This document shows, piece by piece, positions 56,255 to 64,000 of a DNA stretch of 64,000 nt. The stretch's first letter is position 1. Each line of letters opens with the position of its first letter. Source of the DNA: Sphingobacteriia bacterium (lineage in GTDB: Bacteria > Bacteroidota > Bacteroidia > Bacteroidales > UBA7960). The notes beneath the pieces are model-generated. The model saw nothing but the letters and a program-made list of their open reading frames with translations. It searched no databases and was not told the origin of the DNA. Both the position numbers and the translations under genes were made by a program. Location: positions 8,258-72,257 of the forward strand of contig JAABRR010000008.1 in NCBI GenBank assembly GCA_011390785.1. The letters are read 5' to 3'.

Positions 56255-59053
56255 TTAAGAGAAATTAAACTGATTGAGATGACTGATGCAAAGCTGCTTG
56301 CATTCACGACAAACATTCTCACAATTGCAATCTTCAAAAGCTTTTTCAATAATTTTATTTTGCTGCAGGTGATGAAATTTACTCGATCCACTTGCCGGAC
56401 TTCCGCTTGGTGGACGAGCAATAACACCTGGTTGCACAAAGCTCATATTTTCATTGATGAAGTTCCAGGCACCCATATTCTTAGGTTCTTCCTGCACCCA
56501 TAGCCATCTTTGGGCTTTGGCATACTTATGCTGTAAATCTTTTAATTCATTTTCCGGAAATGGGTAAATCTGTTCTATTCTAATTATAGCAGTATTCAAA
56601 AAATCCTGTTTATGTCGGTACTCTTCAAGTTCATAAAATATTTTTCCACTGCATAAAATAACTCTTGTAACATTCTGTGGGTCGACTTCCCGGTCATCAA
56701 TAACACTTTGAAATGAACCATTGGCCATTTCGCCAAGAGAAGAAGTACACCTTGGATGCCTGAGCAAACTTTTAGGAGTGAAAATTACAAGGGGTTTCCT
56801 GAAATTACGCTTAATCTGCCTTCGGAATAAGTGATAAAGGTTAGCCGGTGTGGTGCAATTAGCAACCTGAATGTTATTTTCAGCACAGGAAGATAAAAAC
56901 CTTTCCATACGGGCGCTCGAATGCTCAGGGCCCTGCCCCTCGAAACCATGGGGCAGCAACATTACCAAACCATTCATAACCCGCCACTTTTCTTCACCAC
57001 TGGTAATAAACTGATCAAGAATGATTTGTGCTCCATTAACAAAATCACCAAACTGGGCTTCCCAAATTACAAGACTTTTAGGACTTGCCATGGCATAACC
57101 ATATTCAAAACCCAAAACTCCGTATTCAGACAATAACGAATTATATATTTCAAATCGACCCTGGGTATCAGATATGTTATTAAGCGGAATATATCCGGCA
57201 GCATTATCCTCATTGGTGAGCACAGCATGACGGTGAGAAAAAGTTCCTCTTTCAACATCCTGTCCTGAAAAACGAACATGCAAACCCTCATTAACCAAAC
57301 TCGCATAACCGAGCAACTCACCCATGGCCCAATCCAACTTATCTCCCTCTCTTACCATTCGTTCCCTATCCTTCATTAATTTAATGGTTTTGCGGTAAAA
57401 GGAATTATTCTCAGGTAATTTACATAGTTTTTCACCAAGAGATCTAAGTGTATCTGTATCAATACGAGTATCAGTTTGGTTAAAGATTTCTAATTCGTCA
57501 GGTTTGGCAAAATCTTCCCAGGTTTTTTCAAGAAAGGGATCAATTTCACCCTTCTCAATTTTCTTTGATTCTTCCAGTTCCTTATCCAGAATATTATCAA
57601 AAGATCCTCTTAGTTGGATAGCATCATCTTCGGTAATGGACCCTTCAGCTACCAGTTTTTTGATATAAATGGTGGCCGGATCAGGATGTTTTTCGATAAT
57701 TTTATAAAGAACGGGTTGCGTAAAACGGGGTTCATCACTCTCATTATGCCCATATTTACGATATGATAGTAAATCAATAAAAACATCACGCTGAAATTTT
57801 TGCCTGAACTGCATTGCCAAACCAATGGTATATACTACCGCTTCCACATCATCGCCGTTTACATGAAATACAGGCGATTGGACAATTTTTGCTACGTCAG
57901 TGCAATAGGTACTGCTGCGTGCATCCAGATAGTTGGTTGTAAATCCCAGCTGATTATTAATAACGAGATGAATAGTGCCTCCGGTTTTATAGCCAGGCAG
58001 GTTAGACATCTGCACCACCTCATAAACAATACCCTGGCCTGCAATGGAAGCATCGCCATGAATTAAAATAGGCGCAACCTGCTGGTAATCACTCATATAT
58101 TTTTGATCAGCCTTGGCACGGGCAATGCCTTCAACAACAGGATTAACAGCTTCCAGATGACTGGGATTGGGAGCTATACTAAGGTTGATAGTGCTGCCAT
58201 CTGTAGTTTCTTTTTCTAATGTGCAACCCAGATGATACTTAACATCTCCCAGCAAACTCTCGTCAGCATAGGCCATTCCCTCAAATTCGCTGAATATTTT
58301 ACGGTAAGGCTTTTTCAGGATGTTGGCCAGTACATTTAGCCTACCCCTGTGTGCCATTCCAATCACATATTCTTTTATACCTAGTATTGCACCCTGCTCT
58401 ATTACAGAATCTAAAGCAGGAATAAGGGTTTCGCAACCTTCAAGAGAGAACCTTTTCTGGCCGGGAAAACGTTTACGTACAAAATGTTCAAAACCCACAG
58501 CTTGTGTGAGTTTTTTCAGAATTTGCCACTTATCATTTTTTTCGAAAGATGGCATATTCCTGGTGGTTTCCATCTTATTTTTGAGCCAGTCAACAATTTC
58601 GGGAGTTCTTATAAACATGTACTCAACTCCAATACTCCTGCAATAAGTAGTTTCTAAATGTTGAATGATTTTACGAAGGCTGGCTTTCCCTATCCCAATT
58701 TCAGTTCCCGCCTGGAAAGTGTGATCCAGATCAACATCGGTAAGGCCAAAATTCTGATGGTCTAAGGTGGGCGTATATTTTCTACGTGTACGAACCGGAT
58801 TGGTTTGTGTAAAAAGGTGCCCTCTGCTGCGGTAAGCATTGATCAAATCAATAACCTTAAACTCGTTCCGGAATACTTTGGTTTCTTTCTCTGAAATATT
58901 GGCCACATCAGGATACTGATGGAGGGCAAATTCGAAACCCTGAAAGAATTGCTTCCAGTCTTTACCTACATTATCAGGGTTAGAAAGGTAGGTTTTATAT
59001 AAAGATTCTATACTTTGAGGCTCTGCATTACCCAGGTAAGAGAACTTTTCCAT
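56255..59053 (-). CDS. sucA: 2-oxoglutarate dehydrogenase E1 component
   Basis: About 932 aa. N-terminus MEKFSYLGNAEPQSIESLYKTY and GMAHRGRLNVL, LLPHGFEGQGPEHSSAR motifs. The ORF-track start at 59068 is TTG. ATG 59053 is preferred. Confidence 0.94.
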   Translation of the reverse strand: MEKFSYLGNAEPQSIESLYKTYLSNPDNVGKDWKQFFQGFEFALHQYPDVANISEKETKVFRNEFKVIDLINAYRSRGHLFTQTNPVRTRRKYTPTLDHQNFGLTDVDLDHTFQAGTEIGIGKASLRKIIQHLETTYCRSIGVEYMFIRTPEIVDWLKNKMETTRNMPSFEKNDKWQILKKLTQAVGFEHFVRKRFPGQKRFSLEGCETLIPALDSVIEQGAILGIKEYVIGMAHRGRLNVLANILKKPYRKIFSEFEGMAYADESLLGDVKYHLGCTLEKETTDGSTINLSIAPNPSHLEAVNPVVEGIARAKADQKYMSDYQQVAPILIHGDASIAGQGIVYEVVQMSNLPGYKTGGTIHLVINNQLGFTTNYLDARSSTYCTDVAKIVQSPVFHVNGDDVEAVVYTIGLAMQFRQKFQRDVFIDLLSYRKYGHNESDEPRFTQPVLYKIIEKHPDPATIYIKKLVAEGSITEDDAIQLRGSFDNILDKELEESKKIEKGEIDPFLEKTWEDFAKPDELEIFNQTDTRIDTDTLRSLGEKLCKLPENNSFYRKTIKLMKDRERMVREGDKLDWAMGELLGYASLVNEGLHVRFSGQDVERGTFSHRHAVLTNEDNAAGYIPLNNISDTQGRFEIYNSLLSEYGVLGFEYGYAMASPKSLVIWEAQFGDFVNGAQIILDQFITSGEEKWRVMNGLVMLLPHGFEGQGPEHSSARMERFLSSCAENNIQVANCTTPANLYHLFRRQIKRNFRKPLVIFTPKSLLRHPRCTSSLGEMANGSFQSVIDDREVDPQNVTRVILCSGKIFYELEEYRHKQDFLNTAIIRIEQIYPFPENELKDLQHKYAKAQRWLWVQEEPKNMGAWNFINENMSFVQPGVIARPPSGSPASGSSKFHHLQQNKIIEKAFEDCNCENVCRECKQLCISHLNQFNFS

Positions 59054-59084
59054 ACGTTGTGTTTTCAAATGGGTGATTATCTTG

Positions 59085-59092
59085 CAAAAATA
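59085..59092 (-). promoter_or_regulatory. -7 promoter box for sucA-sucB
   Basis: Minus-strand tatttttg, about 31 nt upstream of ATG 59053. Confidence 0.4.
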
Positions 59093-59361
59093 ATATTATT
59101 ATACTATGAAATGCCTGTAAAAGTTTGTTTTTAAACCACACAAAGATGATTTTGTTTGGATTTACACCCATTATTCTTACATTTGCATGCACTAATGAGT
59201 AAATCCCAAAGAATTATGAAACCAATCCGAAAAGCAGATGTTTTTCCAAAAGACATTCATTTTTCGATACTATCCATAAAAAAGCCACATCTTTTCCAAA
59301 TACACCCCTTGCAAAAACTCATCATCACTTAAAAAAATATTTTCATAAAATTGAACCCTTA

Positions 59362-59369
59362 TAATTTTG
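59362..59369 (+). promoter_or_regulatory. -7 promoter box candidate for the giant surface protein gene
   Basis: taattttg, about 229 nt upstream of ATG 59599. A second match (tacatttg) lies at 59178-59185. Confidence 0.3.
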
Positions 59370-59598
59370 AATTTTGCACATCAAAATATATAAATAAAAT
59401 GATTTAATAACCTATTTCTCAAGCTTTTTACCCCATATCTTAAATAAGCTAAAATCTTTTTATTTTCATACCAACAATAATTCTTTAAAGTAAAAAAATT
59501 GTATAACCAAAAGAGGAGGTAAATCAAAAAGGATAAAAATCATCTCTCGAACAAACCAAACGATTACCAAACAGAATTAAAAAACTAAACTTACAATT

Positions 59599-62500
59599 AT
59601 GAAGAGATTTACAATTTTACTGAGCATTTTTGTATGGGTCTTTGCTGCTATTGGACAGAACCATCAAATTGATCCACAAGATCTTGAAAAAATGAACAGG
59701 GACAGGGAATTACAATATGAACAGAAAAAACAAAGCACACAAGTTTTTTCAGCCATTCCTGTTTCTAAGCCCAACCCATTTGGACCACCGGCAACCAGAC
59801 TTACTACATTGAATTACGATGGTGAAAATGACAATGCTATTGGACTTACCGATGGAGGTAATATGATCGCACTGGCACATTTTACCACAGATCTTACTGC
59901 GCCACTCGCCGGGCAGGGAATTATTGAAGTACATACATATATTTCTGATATTCCAACAGGGAATTACATTTTGAAGGTTTATGAATCTGGAACAACTGCG
60001 CCGGGAGCAGAAATCTACAGTCAGGATGTTACATCTGGATTAGTGGCAGAATCATGGAATGTATTTACCCTTACCGACCCGGTAATTCTATCTGGCAGTG
60101 ATATTTTTGTGGGTGTTTCTGTTGATCATCTGGCCGGCCAATACCCAATTGGCACAGACGCAGGCCCTGCAAATTTTCAGGGTGACTGGGCGTCACTTGA
60201 TGGAGGCGCAACCTGGGAACATGTTGGTGATTTTGGCTTTGGCAACTGGAATATCAGAGCATTAGTTGATGTTTTGGCAGATCCTGCTGCACCAGGTGCA
60301 CCTACAGTTTTGGAAGCTACCCCTGCAGATTTAGGCGTTCTGGAAGTTAGCCTTGCCTGGACAAATCCTACCCTATCTGTGGCTGGTGAAACGCTTACCG
60401 AACTCGACAATATTTTTGTTTATCGGGGAACAACTCTTATCGAAACCATCACCGAGCCAGTTATAGGCGGAGCTGAAACGTTTGTTGACAACACTGTTGC
60501 TGAAAATGGATTTGTAACCTACTCTGTTTGGGGCGACAATACAATTGGCAATGGTATTCCTGCTTCAGTTACAGTTTTTGTAGGCGAAGACGTGCCTTCA
60601 ACTCCATCCAATGTTGTACTTACCGCCAATGGCAACAACGGCGCCCTTTCATGGGATGCACCTACAGAAGGCCTTAATGACGGCTACCTGAGCGGTGCTG
60701 ACCTTACTTACACCGTAGTGCGCCTGCCCGACCTTGTGCCGGTAGCTGAAGACATTTCTGAAACATCTTTTGAAGATACCACAGTGCCTTCAATTGGCAA
60801 TTATCAATATGCCGTAACTGCTTCAAACCTGATTGGTGAAGGTGGTACTGCATTCTCAAATGCTGTGCTTCTGGGTGCTGAAGGTTATCTTCTTTTTGAA
60901 GGATTTGAAGAAAGCTGGCCCCCACTCGGATGGGTTAATAGTGGATGGGAATTAAGCTCATGGGGCGGACCTCATACTGGTGAAGAGTTTGCTTACAGCA
61001 ACCTGGCAGGTTCAACACTCAATACACCAGCTATAGAAATTCCTGCAGAAGGTGTATTTGAGCTTTCTTTTTTCCTAAGAGCAGAATCAGTAAACTATCC
61101 ACAAGATTTCAATCTTAATATCAGTGTTGATGGTGGTGCCTTTGAAAACCTGTTAACCTATACGGGTTATACCAATGCTGTTTATGAAGAAGTAAATGTA
61201 GGTTTAGATGAATATGTGGGTCAAACTATCATCATGCAGTTCGAAGGACTTAGTGGGACAGGTGGTTTTGCCTTCGGTATTCTAATTGACGATGTTGCAA
61301 TTTATGAAGTTTACGAAAATGACCTCGCAGGGGTTTCAATTACTGGAAACACCACCCCATCTGAAGGAATGGAAACAACTTACTCCATTACTGTTGGAAA
61401 CTTTGGTTATGCAACACAGGATACCTATACAGTGAAGCTTATGCAGCAAGGTGGAGTAGAATTAGGCTCTGTTGCCGGAACAGCTTTGGCTTATGGTGAA
61501 ACAGCAACATTTGCAATAGCCTGGACCCCAACAATTACTGATATTGGCAGTACTTTCGTTTACGGAGTTGTTGAACTGGCATCGGATGAAGCAACAGGAA
61601 ACAATCAAACTGTCAATTTAAATGTAACAGTTCAATCCAGTGATATTATTGTTGTTACAATCGGTACCGGCACCAATTATCCAAATGTTAGAATGCCCTT
61701 TGACTTTTACTGGAAAAACAGCCTATCTCAGACAATTTATTATGCTGATGAATTAGGTGTTGGCGGGGGTGTGCTTACCAGCATTTCCTATACTAATAAT
61801 TTTGAAACCGATCTTCCCGGAAAAGATGTTCAAATCTGGATTGGTGAAACAGCAATGGAAAGCCTTACTGACGGCTGGGTTGATCCTGCATCTTTAACCC
61901 TTGTTTACGATGGCCCGCTGGATTTCCCAATTGGAGAGAACTCAATTTTCATAGAACTTGATGAACCTTATATTTATGGTGGTGGAAACCTTGTAGTTTA
62001 TTCCTACAGAGTATGGGAAGACGATTATTTCAGCTCATCTGACAGATTCTACGGAACAGAAGATGCCGGTTCCGGCAGAACTCTTCGTGCCGTAGCCGAC
62101 TCTGATGTATATAACCCAACAACTCCGCCCGAAGGCGCAACATCTGATTGGCATCCTAATACAGCCTTCTTTTTCTCAACAGCCGGCCTGGGTGCATTGG
62201 AAGGAACTGTAACCGATGGTGTTGACCCTGTTGAAGGTGTTATAGTAAAAGTATTAGGTACAAGCAGCACCACAACAACAGATGCCGATGGATTCTACGA
62301 ATTCCCCTACCTGATGCCATCTACTTACAATATAGAATTCAGCTTATTTGGTTACGAAACCACTGTAGTTGAAGGTGTTGAAATACTGGAAGAAGAAACT
62401 TCTGTTGCCGATGCAACCATCACAGCCATTCCAACTTTCACTGTTAGTGGCACTGTTGTAGGGAATGACGAACTCGATCTTGAAGGTGCAATGGTTACCC

Positions 62501-64000
62501 TTGAAGGTTATGATGATTACTCTGCAGTAACCGACGCAACTGGTGCATTCAGCATTACTGATGTATATCAAGGCACTTATTTAATTACTATTTCAGCTGT
62601 TGGTTATGATACTTACACAGACGCAGCTCTTTTGGTTGAAGCCGATGTGGTTCTTGACCCTACTCTTAACGAAACCATTATTGAACCTTTTGCAGTAATG
62701 GTAGATGTTGACGGTCAGGATGCCGGAAATGCATTGCTCTCCTGGAACAGCGGTGAGAGTTCTTTTGCAGATAGTTTTGAAGATGGCACTTTTGATGCAT
62801 GGGAAGCCTTTATTCAAGGCGCCGGAACCCCCGGTGAAGGTGGCAACCCATACTGGTTTGCAACAGACGATCCGGATGGTGGTGTTGCACCCGATGGTTC
62901 ATTTGTTGCCAGAGCAGACTGGGGTTATGATATCGACACCTGGCTCATCAGTCCTCTTATAGCCGTTGAAGCCGGAACCAGTATTTCTTTCGAATGGTAT
63001 TCAAGCTACTACTGGAGTGTTGACCCCAATCCAAATGCCGAATTGATGCTGAAAATTTCTACCGATGGTGGAATTACCTGGGATGAAGTTTGGAACTGGC
63101 AAAATATAGGGGTTTGGGATAACTTCACCTGGTATAACTCAACTTTTGAACTAACCGACTACGTTGGCCAGGCTGTGCATGTAGCAATTAACCTTGTTGG
63201 CGACGACAATGCTGTAACAGAAATAGATAATGTTATGGTTGGCCTATCTGGCAAAACCGGAACATTTGCTTTAACAAATCCGTTTGCTGTAGCACAGGAT
63301 GCTAAATCATTGCCTGCAGGACTTAAAGCTGAAAAGGCTTTTGTTGGATTTAACGTTTTTCTTGACGATGCAGAAGTAGCCACTGAAATTGCTGAAACAT
63401 CCTACCTGTTCGAAGACCTGGCAGAGGGTGACTACACAGCCGGTGTACAATCCGTTTATTCAACCGGAACATCAGCCATTATTACAACTGATTTCTCCAT
63501 TGTATTTGGTGTTACTGCAACTATTACTGTTACTACCAATTCTGGCGATAGTCCCGAAGGTGCAGTGGTTACCCTGACTAACCAGGACAATGAAGCATAT
63601 GTTTACACACATACTGTAGCAGCTGATGGTATCGCTTCTTTTGAATCAGTCCGTAAAGGCATGTACACTATGTACATTACGCACGATAATTTCCACGATT
63701 ATGTAATGACAGATGTTTCTATCATGGATGCATTTACCCATAGCGCAGAGTTGGTTGAAATCATTGAAGCTCCATACGGTCTGATGGTTGAAACAGAAGG
63801 CCTTGAACCCGATGAAGCACATTTTAGCTGGAATAATGCTCCTGAAGTTGCCATGACTGAAAGCTTTGAAACTGGCGCATGGTCTGAAGGTTGGTCACAA
63901 ATCATTACCAATACAGGCAGTCAGGCAGGATTTAATTCTACCTGGCATATTGCCGGCACTGTTGATCTGGAGAGCCCGATTACACCACAGGATGGTGATT
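59599..64000 (+). CDS. Giant secreted modular surface protein/adhesin, partial (continues beyond right window edge)
   Basis: I read every codon from ATG 59599 to 64000 and found no stop (over 1467 codons). Absent from the ORF track because there is no stop in the window. Signal peptide MKRFTILLSIFVWVFAAIG. Modules: FN3-like (about 60283-60875), three 'FE.GF...W...DDV.I'-type jelly-roll modules (about 60886-61312, 62758-63243, 63853-), a CARDB/Ig-like module (about 61320-61640) and several carboxypeptidase-regulatory-like modules (about 62191-62630, 63500-63720). Confidence 0.85.
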   Translation, partial: MKRFTILLSIFVWVFAAIGQNHQIDPQDLEKMNRDRELQYEQKKQSTQVFSAIPVSKPNPFGPPATRLTTLNYDGENDNAIGLTDGGNMIALAHFTTDLTAPLAGQGIIEVHTYISDIPTGNYILKVYESGTTAPGAEIYSQDVTSGLVAESWNVFTLTDPVILSGSDIFVGVSVDHLAGQYPIGTDAGPANFQGDWASLDGGATWEHVGDFGFGNWNIRALVDVLADPAAPGAPTVLEATPADLGVLEVSLAWTNPTLSVAGETLTELDNIFVYRGTTLIETITEPVIGGAETFVDNTVAENGFVTYSVWGDNTIGNGIPASVTVFVGEDVPSTPSNVVLTANGNNGALSWDAPTEGLNDGYLSGADLTYTVVRLPDLVPVAEDISETSFEDTTVPSIGNYQYAVTASNLIGEGGTAFSNAVLLGAEGYLLFEGFEESWPPLGWVNSGWELSSWGGPHTGEEFAYSNLAGSTLNTPAIEIPAEGVFELSFFLRAESVNYPQDFNLNISVDGGAFENLLTYTGYTNAVYEEVNVGLDEYVGQTIIMQFEGLSGTGGFAFGILIDDVAIYEVYENDLAGVSITGNTTPSEGMETTYSITVGNFGYATQDTYTVKLMQQGGVELGSVAGTALAYGETATFAIAWTPTITDIGSTFVYGVVELASDEATGNNQTVNLNVTVQSSDIIVVTIGTGTNYPNVRMPFDFYWKNSLSQTIYYADELGVGGGVLTSISYTNNFETDLPGKDVQIWIGETAMESLTDGWVDPASLTLVYDGPLDFPIGENSIFIELDEPYIYGGGNLVVYSYRVWEDDYFSSSDRFYGTEDAGSGRTLRAVADSDVYNPTTPPEGATSDWHPNTAFFFSTAGLGALEGTVTDGVDPVEGVIVKVLGTSSTTTTDADGFYEFPYLMPSTYNIEFSLFGYETTVVEGVEILEEETSVADATITAIPTFTVSGTVVGNDELDLEGAMVTLEGYDDYSAVTDATGAFSITDVYQGTYLITISAVGYDTYTDAALLVEADVVLDPTLNETIIEPFAVMVDVDGQDAGNALLSWNSGESSFADSFEDGTFDAWEAFIQGAGTPGEGGNPYWFATDDPDGGVAPDGSFVARADWGYDIDTWLISPLIAVEAGTSISFEWYSSYYWSVDPNPNAELMLKISTDGGITWDEVWNWQNIGVWDNFTWYNSTFELTDYVGQAVHVAINLVGDDNAVTEIDNVMVGLSGKTGTFALTNPFAVAQDAKSLPAGLKAEKAFVGFNVFLDDAEVATEIAETSYLFEDLAEGDYTAGVQSVYSTGTSAIITTDFSIVFGVTATITVTTNSGDSPEGAVVTLTNQDNEAYVYTHTVAADGIASFESVRKGMYTMYITHDNFHDYVMTDVSIMDAFTHSAELVEIIEAPYGLMVETEGLEPDEAHFSWNNAPEVAMTESFETGAWSEGWSQIITNTGSQAGFNSTWHIAGTVDLESPITPQDGD

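Noticed and set aside
59511-59520. Shine-Dalgarno-like aagaggaggt upstream of the giant gene
   Set aside because: It lies about 80 nt from the ATG with no start codon at a proper distance, and Bacteroidota generally do not rely on SD pairing. It is probably coincidental.
60177-63911. A series of minus-strand ORFs (60177-60410, 60704-60925, 62049-62273, 62344-62571, 62593-62817, 63159-63383, 63699-63911) and + strand ORFs (62705-62962, 63389-63577)
   Set aside because: All overlap the uninterrupted 59599-64000 + strand frame, which encodes coherent repeated domains. Their openness reflects codon and composition bias of that gene.
1-64000. Search for tRNA, rRNA, tmRNA or RNase P genes, CRISPR arrays, IS elements, integrases and prophage genes
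   Set aside because: I went through every intergenic region longer than about 100 bp by eye. I found no cloverleaf-like GC-rich segments, no regularly spaced direct repeats and no transposase- or integrase-like ORFs. This is limited by manual inspection, so tRNAscan-SE, Infernal/Rfam, a CRISPR-array detector (e.g. minced) and ISfinder searches should confirm it.

Overview
This 64-kb window looks like ordinary chromosome from a Bacteroidota-type genome. The lineage evidence is a SusC/SusD pair, TAnnTTTG -7 promoter boxes upstream of most transcription units, a Nudix/NrtR-type arabinose regulator, and a giant modular surface protein. I call about 45 tightly packed protein genes.

Gene content, left to right:
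- A SusC/SusD locus with two ROK-family regulators and an M1 aminopeptidase.
- An L-arabinose operon: symporter, araR-like, araA, araD, araB.
- tatC, a 55-aa 2x[4Fe-4S] ferredoxin that is missing from the ORF track, and mnmD plus a second methyltransferase.
- A patatin-like lipase, a MarR-CDF pair, a PQQ-like propeller, cobB and trmH.
- A galactose locus: GntR/PBP1 regulator, orphan nucleotidyltransferase, Na+ symporter, galK.
- A TlpA-like thiol oxidoreductase, PadR-PspC, an E1 alpha/beta-fused 2-oxoacid dehydrogenase and a Dak2-DegV fusion.
- Rubrerythrin, purA and fur.
- A co-directional sixA-like, ppk1, ppx, relA/spoT block.
- glyA, an S9 peptidase, ompH/skp, a gamma-CA-like protein, a yhhQ-like transporter and sucB/sucA.
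- An open-ended surface protein of more than 1467 aa that runs off the right edge.

By eye I found no rRNA, tRNA, CRISPR array, transposase, integrase, phage gene or recognisable defence module. I did not find a compelling self-contained novel system.

The best leads are:
1. The galK locus, where an uncharacterised NTP-transferase sits where galT would be expected.
2. The single-chain Dak2(FakA-N)-DegV(FakB) fusion next to an orphan E1 alpha/beta fusion.
3. A roughly 205-bp nested inverted repeat between the symporter and galK.
4. A susD 5' end whose start codon, lipoprotein signal and mature domain lie in different reading frames.
5. The modular giant adhesin.

All function calls rest on motif recognition by eye. 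No database search was run.
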